Below, in pieces: positions 27,068 through 40,451 of a stretch of DNA of 64,000 bases. Under the pieces are notes generated by a model, which did no database searches, had not been told where the DNA came from, and saw only the letters and a program-made list of their open reading frames with translations. The stretch covers positions 2,170,001 to 2,234,000 of the forward strand of contig OZ024742.1 in NCBI GenBank assembly GCA_964016885.1, read 5' to 3'. A program made the translations under genes and the position numbers. Position 1 is the stretch's first letter, and each line of letters begins with the position of its first letter. This stretch comes from Eledone cirrhosa. Its lineage: Eukaryota.

Positions 27068-28837
27068 AATTAAAACAACAAGAAGTAATATCGGCAGATA
27101 CAAGCTGGAAGCTCCGAAGAATATGGAGTGTACATACACTAAAGTATTGCAAAAATGTATAATAAAAATAATATAAATATATAAAAAAATTACTAAGGAT
27201 GTATATAACATTAAGAACCATATTACAAATATAGTCCAAAGCAAAAAAAACCTAGAGCTAAACAAAGGTGGTTATATATAGCAGGAATTATATATAATAC
27301 AATGTAATATAATATAATATAATATACCTTTACCAACATTAAAATTACAATAAAAATCAAAAGGTACAATATGCATATGTATATATGTGCGCACACGTAC
27401 ACACACATACACATACAACAATATACACATCCATCTTCAACTGCACAAATTAAACCTTATTAAGAGTTTGAATATAAAAATAAGCATGATATAATACGTC
27501 TACCCAATATACATGAGGTAATAATATGATATAATTATAAGTAGCACATATAATAAATAATAAATAATACAGTTATATACTATATAATACAATATAATAG
27601 GATAGATAATCTCTGGTTAATGTATACAAACAATATAGATGTCACAATAATAATATAATAATAATATATTAACATTTACAATATACAATATACTAACATT
27701 TATAATAAACAATATAAAGGTACTCAAGTTAACAAATCAATTCATACTGGGTTACAGAGTAGGTGAGGAAAAATAAATTGTACAATACCTCAAAAAAATT
27801 TTGATAGTACAAAAGTTCAAACATCTTACATGATATATAAAGTTTAACATATCATAATGTTACATATAATTAACGCTAAGTAATAAGGATCAATATTACA
27901 ATAAAAAATACAATATAATATAATATATTATATAAAATAAATTAATATAATATAATATATAATTACTTATAATTACAAGGTTGGTAGACAGACGTGTATA
28001 TGGATGAGTGAGTAAGTACCAGGCAGTAAATATAATGCATAGTAGTATTACAAATAAAATATAAAATATAAAATATAGAATAAAGTAAATAAATAGAATC
28101 AACCGGAAATTAAAAAACAAAAACAAACGTATACATTTAGGTCTCACATGCAGTTAAGTAGTTAAGTAAAAACTAAGGAAACAACCCCTGTAAATGACTC
28201 AAAAACCCTATTTGATAAATTAATATTAAAAATATTTAAACTATTCAATAAGGCAGTATAATATTAGCTATAGTTTAAGTCATTAAAGTTTATAAACGTT
28301 AATATTTCGTTACAAATGTTTACAAAAAGGAATGAAAATTTTTTATTATCATATACATAACGATATCTAAAGAACTGACTTAAGCAGAATTAAGGTAGGC
28401 TAATAGGGACAGAAATGGAGAAATATATGGAGGATGCAAAGGGGCATAAAATATAGTCGATATACTATATTACATAATAGAAAGGAGCGTAAAGGAGGGG
28501 GGGGTTAAATATAATATAATCATAGTCAATTTGGAGGGGTTGACACTAAGTTGATGTGCGCATGGGGGGGGGGGGGTCCAAAGAAGAATCCGAATAAAAA
28601 TAAAAATAAAAATAAGAATAAAATAAAATAAATAGCGTAAAATATATAATCTTATATACATTCATAAGGTGTAATAGTGAAAATCTAATGCATAAGAAGA
28701 TAGATATGGTACAGTAGCCAAAAGATTATGAGAGCTAGAATAAAGATTCATCAAAAACCAATGATAATAATGATGATAATAATAATGTTGGCAAACAAAA
28801 GAACCTAAACTAAAAAATAAATGATGGAATATACCAG

Positions 28838-31509
28838 CTAATGGGTACAATTTGTACTACTAGAACGTTTAGGTTTATAATAAAAGTATGAATTAGAAAT
28901 AGCATGGGGGCAAGAAGAGAATATCTCAGACTTTCTATTAAGTAAAGATGCGCTAGAGAAGATTATAGAGTGTGTCTCGAGGATACAGAGATTACAAAAC
29001 TTAGTATGTGTAGAAAGGTGGTTAGAGCGTGCTACTAAACGCCAGTTAAGGCTATATGGTATATTAGCTCCCAGATATAATGTGCTAAAGAAGTAGAATT
29101 CTTAAACTTAACATGCTTGAAATTAGAGATATGAGAGTTAAACCTAGTCTTAAAAGTGTTAGATGTAGAGCCTATATAAATTCTATTAGAGGAATTAGTT
29201 ATAACTTCGCAAGCATAGACAATGTTCTTAGAAAGGCAGTTACCGTTTAAAGGGCAGTTAGCACTCACTCTACAATTGCACTTCCGGGTGTTATTGGTTG
29301 ACTCAAGTGGTGATGCATTACACGTAGGATTGCTATTAGATAAGGACTGTTCTGGTGGTAATGCATTGCCAGATCTGTTCAGACTAGTAGTATGTAGAGA
29401 GGAGAATCTATCCCTAATTTTCCTATTGTTAGTGCTAGCTAAATGAGAACTAATATTAGGGGTGGTAGAGAATGAAAGTTTAATAACATTTTTATTAAAA
29501 ATACTATGGTATTTATGAGAAGGGGGGAAATTTTTCTCTAAGATAGAGAAGAAAGACCTAGGGATATTAGTTGATACTTCCTGATTATATGGCGGGTTAA
29601 AATAAGTATTTAATCGCCTTCTATTTTTATTCTTACCGACTCTACCATTATCAAATATCCCACCATCGAGACTAGGGTTACTACAAGGATTAGTTAAAGC
29701 CGCATTCATAGAATCAGCCAAAATTTCATTAAGTCTATTTCAGTTTCTACCTCCAGTAGATCTGCTGCTGTCCGGAATCCCATCATAAGGATTAGGGCCA
29801 ATGATAGGATCAGTAGGAGCAACATTATTAGAATAAGATCCAGCAAAATTATCACCAATGTGTGAGCGCTCAGGGGGTTCAACTTGTTTCCTAGAGGTAT
29901 TATATTCACTATTACGGGTCCGGTGGGTTAACTTATGGATGGGTTCAGATACACCTATATAATTTTTACGGTTACTATGTTTGCTACTCCCATTCATGGC
30001 CATGTTATGTGATATTATGTTATTATTATTAAAAGTAGACGGAGACTTTCTAAGGTTACTATTATTATATTGTATTTTACTAGAGTAACCTGAATTTGCT
30101 AGGGCATTATTATAGTACTCCGCATGTTCATTAAATGTTCCTACGTCCTTAGAGAGTGTGGAAATCCTATTAGATACACCCTTAATTATAGAGCTTATCA
30201 TAGACTTGGGGTGGTTAGAATTGGGACTAACATAAGAAAGTATTTCATTAGGCTTATGGAAGGGTTTAAAACTATTAGTGACCAAGTCCAAAGTCACATC
30301 TAAAAAGTTAACCGCTCTATCATTTCTATCTATCGTGATCGAAAGGTTATAGCTTTTAAAAAACTTATAAAGCTTCTTATTATGTTCTACATTGTTGGTG
30401 CTAGAGTTAATTACAAACAATGCATCATCACGATATATTCCGCCTATAAGGTGCGGGAAGGTAGCGTATAGTTCATTAAGGAGAAACAACCCAACAAGAT
30501 CAGTAACCTGGGCCGAATCACTCGAACCCATTGTAACGTCGAAATTATTGGGCGTGTTTTTACGGGTCCAAAATGTGTCCTCAAATTTAATAATAGTTTT
30601 ACGGGCTGCTAGTATAATATCTACCTGTGATCGTGTAAGGCTGGACACTCTCATGGCCAACATTAAAGCTTTATTGAGGAGGATGGGTGAAATTGATGTG
30701 TAGTAGGCATCAATATCGAATTGGATAAACTTATTAGATTCAAGTCTATTAATCCCGGAGAACCAATCTATAACTTCCTTAGTGTTCCCCCATAGGTTAA
30801 AATTAACCTTATCCCTAACATCTGGTATAATAAGGTCAAGGATTTTTTTACTGATAATGGCTATATCAGACTTAGAAGGACAGATGAGTCTAACAGAGGG
30901 GTTACTAATAAAATCAACCTTATGATCCTTAAGAGTGAATCTCGGTTCTCGAGGGTAATATGGCTGGGTATACTTATCGAGGCCGAGGTCAGAGACAATT
31001 CTAAGGCCCTCACTATTGATGTGGTTTAAATTCTCAAGCGTAGTTTTTTTATAGTTTCTATGCAGCTCCTTATAAATAAAGTCGCGGTAAGCACTATAAT
31101 CCATGGAGTATAGATTCTTAGTCTTATCTGCCGGGACAAGAATGGACTTATTCTCACCGAAACCCTTAACAATATTTTTAAGTCTAGACTGGAACTTATC
31201 AAAATTATTATAATTTCTATGTCTATTATTTGGCCTATACCTAATATTTTTGACAAGAGAGAGTAAGTCACTTTCAAAACTATCTAACAGAATATTGTGT
31301 GGTGGGCTCTTATAAGTTTTGAAGCCATAGTTATTAAAATTAGTTCTATTCCTGGGGTCCTTCCTATTCTTATTATCATAGTGGAAAGCACGCCATCTAA
31401 TCCTTTTTACAAAGGAGTTAACACTAGCTATCAATAGTTTTTCGTAAGTATTCTTAGAGGGGGTGGGAATATTCTTCAGAGATAAAGGCAGGTAACTCTT
31501 TGTTAGCAT
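28838..31509 (-). pseudogene. PLE RT-GIY-YIG ORF with two frame breaks in the C-terminal half
   Basis: SLKNIP, RIRWRA, ADKTKNLY, TLKDHK, FDIDAYY, MGSSDSAQVTDL, IYRDDAL, SNHP, YFNPP, CNCRVSANCPLNGNC, YIGSTSNTFKTRFNSH, CNLC. Confidence 0.9.
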
Positions 31510-31925
31510 ACTGTCAGATATATATATATAAAGGCCAAAATACCAGTATATATGAGGAAGCTCAACCGATCGGGAGCAGTGACAAGGGTTAAAATACTGG
31601 AGTGTGTTGGAGTTAAACACCCTCTTCGTATTATAGAAATGACAGTAAAAGGTATAGCTCAATGTAGTTAAACGGAGCCGAAAAATTATATATATATATA
31701 AATAGTCTCCACAATACATAGAAATAAATAATAGTTGAGTAAATAGAGTAAAATATCCCTAAGGACGCAACAAAGCGGAACGACGCCTACATAGTCACAC
31801 ACACACACAGACATCCCTCTTCCCCTCTCTCTCTCTCTATATATATAGAGAGAGGGGGGGGGAGATGTGCATACATACATACATACACACACACAGACAC
31901 ACACACACATACATACATACATACA

Positions 31926-32511
31926 CATGGTGGCTGCCAACTTGTTTTCGAGTACGACCACTACTTTATATCCATGTAGGAGAACCCCTACCGATGCGCT
32001 GAACGAGTGTGACTTTTTAGTCCAACCAGCGACTTGAAAACTCTGGCACAAACACTACACTTGTGACTATTATTGACTCATAGTGCTGGGCCCATGGTTC
32101 CATGTGACGACAAGTGCAGAGAGATCTCCAGATATAAAGCAATGCCTGTGCCGTGAAGCTTTTATAGTGAGCAAAGGCACTGCACAAAGCCAGTCCCACT
32201 CTCTTATCCATGATGATATTTACCAAAAAGAAGAACAAGTCAACATCATTGGATACCATCAGGGTTGCAGGTGTTATATCAGAGTTTTCCTTCTCCTAGA
32301 ATTCTGCCTTGACAAAGGCTAAGGGGTCATCACTCCCGGTGATTTTGGATGGCCATTGACTCTTAAGAGCTCCTTTGCCCTTTGGCAGGTTTTGTTTTTA
32401 GTCCTGCAGGATGTCCAAAGTCACCCTCCTCACCAAGAAACCTTGGTGGGGTTGCCAGTTTAGTCGCCAACGATCCGACCATGAGACAAGTTGTACTGGG
32501 ATACATGTTAC
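31926..32511 (-). mobile_element. Family R RTE-derived element, nearly full length
   Basis: Matches 49813-50420; flanked by (CATA)n. Confidence 0.85.
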
Positions 32512-32645
32512 ATTCATACATACATACATACATACATACATACATACATACATACATACATACATACATACATACATTCATACACATATGTACGTACATA
32601 CATAAATACGTCCATCCATACATACATACATATATATATCCATAC

Positions 32646-32679
<34 letters not shown>

Positions 32680-32680
32680 A

Positions 32681-32865
32681 TATTGGAAAATGTGTGAGAT
32701 CCTTGGTACAGGTAGGTATATTTGAAAAAAAGGAAAAGAATGACTTCGCTTGTAGTGTTAAAAATGTTATGATTTAATGTTATAATATTATAATATTATA
32801 ACATTAAATCATAAAGATTTTTAACACTGCAAGTGAAGTCATTCTTTTCCTTTTTTTCAAATATA
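32681..32865. mobile_element. Family C TA-embedded asymmetric hairpin insertion (probable PLE terminus)
   Basis: Inverted repeat 32717-32865; left arm ~35 bp longer; same architecture as families A, D and E, but no hammerhead retained. Confidence 0.55.
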
Positions 32866-32915
32866 TATATATACAATATATTAACAAATGGAAACTATAT
32901 TTATAAAACCATATT

Positions 32916-32981
32916 TATTTTATTATACATATTTCAAAGGCCACCGAGGCAGATTATGGTGCGCTTTCATCAGATAAAATA
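32916..32981 (-). ncRNA. Type-I hammerhead (mirror copy, family D)
   Basis: Reverse complement of 33121-33186. Confidence 0.75.
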
Positions 32982-33120
32982 TAATACAGATTAGTTTTAT
33001 AAATAAATATTGACATACCCTGAAAAATTGCAACCTTAACGGTTGGAAGAAAGCGCCAACCGTTAAGGTTGCATTTTTTCAGGGTATGTCAATCTTTATT
33101 TATAAAACTAATCTGTATTA

Positions 33121-33186
33121 TATTTTATCTGATGAAAGCGCACCATAATCTGCCTTGGTGGCCTTTGAAATATGTATAATAAAATA
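33121..33186 (+). ncRNA. Type-I hammerhead ribozyme (family D)
   Basis: TATTTTAT-CTGATGA-AAGCGCACCA..TGGTGGCCTTT-GAA-ATATGTAT-A-ATAAAATA; 8-bp stem I, AUA cleavage triplet. Confidence 0.8.
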
Positions 33187-33314
33187 AATATGGTTTTATA
33201 AATATAGTTTCCATTTGTTAATATATTGTATATTTACTCCAATAATTTGTTGAGTGCTTTATATCAGTTATAAAAATATTTTAGCTTGTATCCCAACAAA
33301 TTAAATATAACCTC

Positions 33315-33391
<77 letters not shown>

Positions 33392-33642
33392 TTACGTATC
33401 CACATTGACGGAAATATTTTCCCATCATCTAAACGACTTCACATCCCACTTCAACAATCCAGTTTCTCTCACCTCTCACATCCCCACTTCTTCCTCCTCC
33501 ACCAAAACACTTTTTGGTTCTATTGGATTTCTATATAGCACTTACACTCACACATACGGATATACACACACACTCACTCACTTGTTCCCACACACACTAA
33601 CTTACACACACACTTACTCACTCACGCACACATACACACACA

Positions 33643-34155
33643 TATTCGTGCCAACCCTTTCCTATGGTCGTGAATCTTGGGTAATGACCGAAAGAATATA
33701 ATCACGAATACAAGCGGTCGTAATGGGGGTTCTTCCGAAGGGTCGTTGGAGTAACGTTACTCGATAGAATATGTAGCTCGGAGATCAGAGATTCACTCCA
33801 GGTAGAACCGCTACTTCTCCAAGTTGAGAAATCACAACTCCGATATCATGGACATGTCGTTAGAATGTCTCAGGAAATGTTTCTGGACATATTTTACGGG
33901 CAAAATCCAACTGACAGGAGACACAGGGGTAGACTCCAAGCAAGATGGTTCGATAACATCCATGAGCTTGACTGGTCTCGCTTGTGGATCCCGCTGGATT
34001 AGTTGGAAACGGTTGCTTCTGACAGGACCCACTGGAGGGAGTGTTTGAGGACTTTGTCCCCACAACTCTCTCAGGAATAAGTGGGAGAAGAAGAAGAAGA
34101 AGAAGAAGAAGAAGAAGAAGAAGAAGAAGAAGAAGAAGAAGAAGAAGAAGAAGAA
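33643..34155 (+). mobile_element. RTE-clade LINE 3' fragment with (GAA)n tail
   Basis: FVPTLSYGRESWVMTERI..EPLLLQVEKSQLRYHGHVVRM; tail 34086-34155. Confidence 0.85.
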
Positions 34156-34778
34156 AATTTATATCCAAACATAAACCTCAAAATCAACAATATAACATAC
34201 GTTTCACGACCATGTTTCTAACGAATCCTGTTGTGTAATTGTTGTGGATCTTTCCCTCCTTTCTTCTACTCTCCTACACAACCAGTTCTGCCCTTCTTTA
34301 CCCCATCCCTTATTTTTTCATAACTTAATTTCGTTTTTACCCCTTTTTTTAGCATTCCCATCATTGTATAACTTCTGCTTGTAAAATATAGTTGACATAA
34401 TAAAACCATAGCCAAACACACACACACACACAAATTATATACTCATATCATATAATTTACAAATAATTTTGATAGAATCAAGAACTTGGTGGGATTTGTT
34501 ACTATAACTAACTTTCCCGTTATTAAGTTGGTGTTTGGAACATAATTTATCAAAGTTTCTCACGTAAAATTATGGAGGAAGGTTTTATGATGAATATAAA
34601 TACAAACGAAAGCTTAAACGGAAACTTGTTCAAGATAACAACTACAATTGCTTAAAGGTAATTATGACTTAGAGGACATTGCTGGAGAAGTAAACAGGAA
34701 GTTATGAACCAGTTACTATTGTGGGAACTCACGGGAGATACAGTAGAGGATATAATACACAAGTTACTATTGTGGGAA

Positions 34779-34978
34779 NNNNNNNNNNNNNNNNNNNNNN
34801 NNNNNNNNNNNNNNNNNNNNNNNNNNNNNNNNNNNNNNNNNNNNNNNNNNNNNNNNNNNNNNNNNNNNNNNNNNNNNNNNNNNNNNNNNNNNNNNNNNNN
34901 NNNNNNNNNNNNNNNNNNNNNNNNNNNNNNNNNNNNNNNNNNNNNNNNNNNNNNNNNNNNNNNNNNNNNNNNNNNNNN
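34779..34978. other. Assembly gap (200 N)
   Basis: Direct; preceded by a ~39-bp tandem duplication. Confidence 0.99.
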
Positions 34979-35335
34979 ACAGTTGATAAAAAACGAAAAA
35001 TGATTTTTAAAATGAAACTATTATCTCGACTTCCAGGTCAGACCTCTCCCCGTCCTCAATACTGAGGCTCAGGGACCAGGTACTATTGAACTAATACTCA
35101 TCTATGAGACATGCCTATACTCTACCAATGTATTGAGTACCTTTCTAACTGTGGTTATCCCGATTGTACTCGGGACTCACACACACACACACACAGATTT
35201 AATCGAGCCGTTTGTTTACAAACGGATCGACTACTATTGTTAATATGTTAATATTCGATATAACCTATACACACACACACACTCACACTCACACACACAC
35301 ATATATATGTATATATATAATATATATATATGTAT

Positions 35336-35971
<636 letters not shown>

Positions 35972-36045
35972 CGTGCGCGCGTGTGTGTGTACGTATGCAT
36001 AATTACATTTAAGTATTAGCTGTGGTAGGGCGAGAAATAAAATTC

Positions 36046-36082
<37 letters not shown>

Positions 36083-37438
36083 TATAGAATGAAACGAAAT
36101 TTCATTTCTCACTCTTAGTACGGCACTTACTAAATGTAAGTATGTATGTATGTATACGTACATACATAGACGTACAGTAGTATGTATATATATACATACA
36201 TGCACACATATATATGCACGTATCGGTTTTACCAAACATTTATTGTAATGCTCGGTTTGTTTGTTTGTAAACAAACAAACAGCACGAATTACGCGTACAG
36301 TGTTTAGGCAACCACGTCACCTTTTTGTTCAACACTCACACAGGAAAGATGTACTAGTTTCAAGCTTATTAGCTATCGTCAGCATCGTATACCTTCCTGC
36401 CAGATGGTTGAACGTCTGAAAGTATATACTTTCCTTATGCATATTAACGCTGAGCAGCCTAATTTGCATATCGAGTGAGTTCAGTCGGCCGGGCACACCG
36501 AAAACGATAAATGGAATAGAATGAAACGAAATTTCATTTCTCACTCTTAGTACGGCACTTACTTAAATGTATGTATGTATGTATGTATACATACATACAT
36601 ATATGTATACAGACGTACAATAGTATGTATATATATACATACATGCACACATATATATATATGCACGTATCGGTTTACCGAACATTTATTATAATAGTCG
36701 GTTTGTTTATATACATATATATATATATATATATTAGTTTTGCGAGGGTCTTTATATGAAATCGTGTGTCGAACAAATATTGTTATACTTGGGGAGGGTC
36801 ATATTTGTGTAATAATGCCAGAATTAATAACAGAACACACTCACTGTTTGGTTGGTTTTCGCTTCTGTGTCTTTTATATCGGTAATCAATTTATTCGGTC
36901 CTCAATGTTGCCATTGACTGACCGACGGTCAAAAATAATACAGATACAATATAGACACAAACACATATATATAGTTTATCAAAGTTCTTTCGTTGCACAT
37001 CTGCAACATCGTCAGTGGTGCGATTGTTTCCTCCCGTTACATTGTATGTCTACGCCATTTTTATTTAGTCTGTCTATATATTTATTTATTTATTTGTTTG
37101 TTTGTTTATTTTATTTTGTCTTCTTTGCGCACGCGTTTGCGTGTGTGTATAGTGTTTTGTTTGATGTGTGTTCGTGATTGTATTCTATGTATTCTATGTA
37201 TTCTATCTTTACTAGTGTGTGTTTATATGTGTTTGTTGTTATTGTGCTTGTGTATGTATTTATTTATTTATTTATCTATTTATTTATTTATTTATTTATT
37301 TATTTATACTTCTCTTAGGTCAGTTTGGGTGTTGTTGTTTTTCCATTCATTCTTTCTGTTTAGTCTTGGCCTTCTAAGTTCTATTTCACTGGCCTCTCTG
37401 ATTTGCCTATTTGCCTATTTGCCTATCTGCTTGGTCAT

Positions 37439-39288
37439 ATGACGATAGATATAATGACAACCTCTTAGAGAAACTATTTTTCAACCCAGCTGACAAAACA
37501 TATAAGATGGGTAATATCTATCCTACGAAGTTACCCTTTAATAAAAGAGTTTGCATACCACAACAAATAGATGACGAGACAGAGGCACAGTTCACCATAG
37601 CTAGAAATAAGATTAGACAAATAGTAGACCGGTATACTAAGAGACAGAGCAGACCAGAGGCCCAACAACTTGGGAGGAAACCTGTAGAAGGCTTGGTTAG
37701 CCTCAATCAGCGCATAAGGGATGGTGAGGTAGTATGTCTACCCATGAATAAGTCTGGTAGGATGTCAATAGATAGCATGCCGAACTACATCAAGGCTATG
37801 CAACCAACACGAGCGAAATTGCACAGCAAACACATGATAGGAGAGAGAAAATCCTCAACGCTCACATGATGATGTGGACTGACATCCTAAAGCCAAGCAG
37901 ACGCACTGCCAACAACTTCCAGGCGTCTAACAATGGCATACTACCCTTGTATGGGCTCCGGAAAGACCACAAGACATTCGACGACCCGACAACAGGACCA
38001 CCAACAAGACCCGTATGCGGAGCTAATATAGCTAGCAACTACAGGATCTTCTACTTCCTCTCAATGGTTATACGCCCCATAATCAAGATGTCCCCACATG
38101 TATGTAACAGTACAGAGGACTTCCTCAGCAGAATCAGTGAGTGCAACAAAAACAGGAACCTATCCAACTGCATAATAGGCAGCATGGATGTGGTATCACT
38201 GTACCCATCCATTAACATTGATTTTGCTGTGGAAAAATGTGTGGAGATGATCATTGAGAGTGAGGTGGAGTTCTGCAACGTCGACACAGACGAACTGGGC
38301 CTCCTACTTAGACTTACCTATGACACTGACTACCTAGACAGCCATGACCTTAGACGTTTCTGCCCTAGTAGACCCATAAGAGGTAGACCCCCACCATAAC
38401 CTCAATGGCAAAAAAGACTCCCATGGGAAGTTTAATATTCTGATCGCAGATTTGGTCCGAGTGATGAAGAATGTGTCCCGCATGTGCGACCCAACAGAAA
38501 TGGAAAGACACATCCAACACTTCATCAACCGCATGCAGTTCTCTTGCTACAACCAAAGAGACAGAATCAGAGTATACGAAGGAGCCATGGAGAAGTATAA
38601 GACCCTCATAAAACTGGACATGAAAGGAATTTGCCCATTATACAGGAGCAAATCATGGAATAGCTTAGATAGGGCTAGACATAAGATAGAGAAAGTCACC
38701 TCATGGTACGACAACCAGAGATACCAAAGTGTCATGTTTGTGGACGCTACCCCTGGAGGGAAATTAGCTAACCAGTGTAGAAAGGCCCTGAGAAAGACCC
38801 ACTTAAAGATTAAGGTGGTAGAAAAGCCAGGAACAACCGTAAAATCCCTGATCAGCAAAATCTACCCTTTTAAGAAAACCCACTGTACTAATAGGAAATG
38901 TATCATATGTAAGGTAAACCCCCGGATAAACTGTAAAACTAGAAACGTAGTCTATAGCATAAGATGTACAGAGGATACTTGCAGAAACATGACAACAACA
39001 TACATAGGCGAGACAGCTCGTAGCATAGGTGAAAGGATAGACCAACACTGGGGGGAACTAAAAGGACGAAAAAACGGGCCAGTACTATACGAACATGCCA
39101 GACAACAACATGACGGCAACATAGACAACATAGAAATTAGAATAATATCTAAATATAGAAATGACCCAGCAGATAGGAAAATCAGAGAGGCCAGTGAAAT
39201 AGAACTTAGAAGGCCAAGACTAACCAGAAAGAATGAATGGAATAACAACAACACCCAAACAAACAACACTGACCTAAGAGAAGTATAA
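37439..39288 (+). pseudogene. PLE RT (partial) and GIY-YIG endonuclease
   Basis: NKSGR, LYGLRKDHK, TRPVCG, SMDVVSLYPSI; the YxDD core is deleted near 38400; CTNRKCIIC linker, CKTRNVVYSIRC, YIGETARSIGERIDQH. Confidence 0.85.
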
Positions 39289-39566
39289 ATAAATAAATAA
39301 ATAGATAAATAAATAAATAAATATATACACAAGCACAATAACAACAAACACATATAAACTCACACTAGTAAAGATAGAATATATAGAATACATAGAATAC
39401 AATCACGAACACACATCAAACAAAACACTATACACACACGCAAACGCGTGCGCAAAGAAGACAAAATAAAATAAACAAACAAACAAATAAATAAATAAAT
39501 AAATATATAGACAGACTAAATAAAAATGGCGTAGACATACAATGTAACGGGAAGAAACAACAGCAC

Positions 39567-39604
39567 CACTGACGATGTTGCAGATGTGCAACGAAAGAAC
39601 TTTG
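39567..39604 (+). ncRNA. Minimal hammerhead in pLTR (mirror copy at 36980-37017, minus strand)
   Basis: CA-CTGACGA-T-GTTGCA GATG TGCAAC-GAA-AGAACT-T-TG; covaries with 47521-47563. Confidence 0.65.
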
Positions 39605-39800
39605 ATAAACTATATATATGTGTTTGTGTCTATATTGTATCTGTATTATTTTTGACCGTCGGTCAGTCAATGGCAACATTGAGGACCGAATAAATTAGAT
39701 TACCGATATAAAAGACACAGAAGCGAAAACCAACCAAACAGTGAGTGTGTTCTGTTATTAATTCTGACAATATTATACAAATATGACCCTCCCCAAGTAT

Positions 39801-39978
<178 letters not shown>

Positions 39979-40249
39979 TACAGTCCTTCTATTTCAAATT
40001 TCTCATTATCAACTTCAATTTCATCATCGTCAATCTCAAATTCGCCATCGTCAATTTCAGTTCCATCATCAATATAATTATGACCTGAATGTTTTATATA
40101 ATGAAAAGGGAGCAAACATTGATATCAATGTTTGCTTCTCATACAATTGTAGAAGAATAGAAAAACAAATTAAAAGCTTTGCAAAACATTAACATTTTTA
40201 CAAATGTATTGTCACACCCTAAATTACCGTAAATATACATACATTTACA

Positions 40250-40436
<187 letters not shown>

Positions 40437-40451
40437 TACATATATATATAT

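Larger units (their letters stand above)
26981..31690 (-). mobile_element. Naiad-type Penelope-like element, ~4.7 kb, with a ~1.8-kb AT-rich 3' UTR ending in a hammerhead-containing pLTR
   Basis: RT and EN ORFs; canonical hammerhead plus AATAAA at the 3' end; terminates in (TA)n. Confidence 0.9.
32869..33320. mobile_element. Family D PLE pLTR head-to-head hairpin (~180-bp arms)
   Basis: Inverted repeat 32869-33233 with apex 33047-33055; right arm extends to 33320. Confidence 0.8.
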
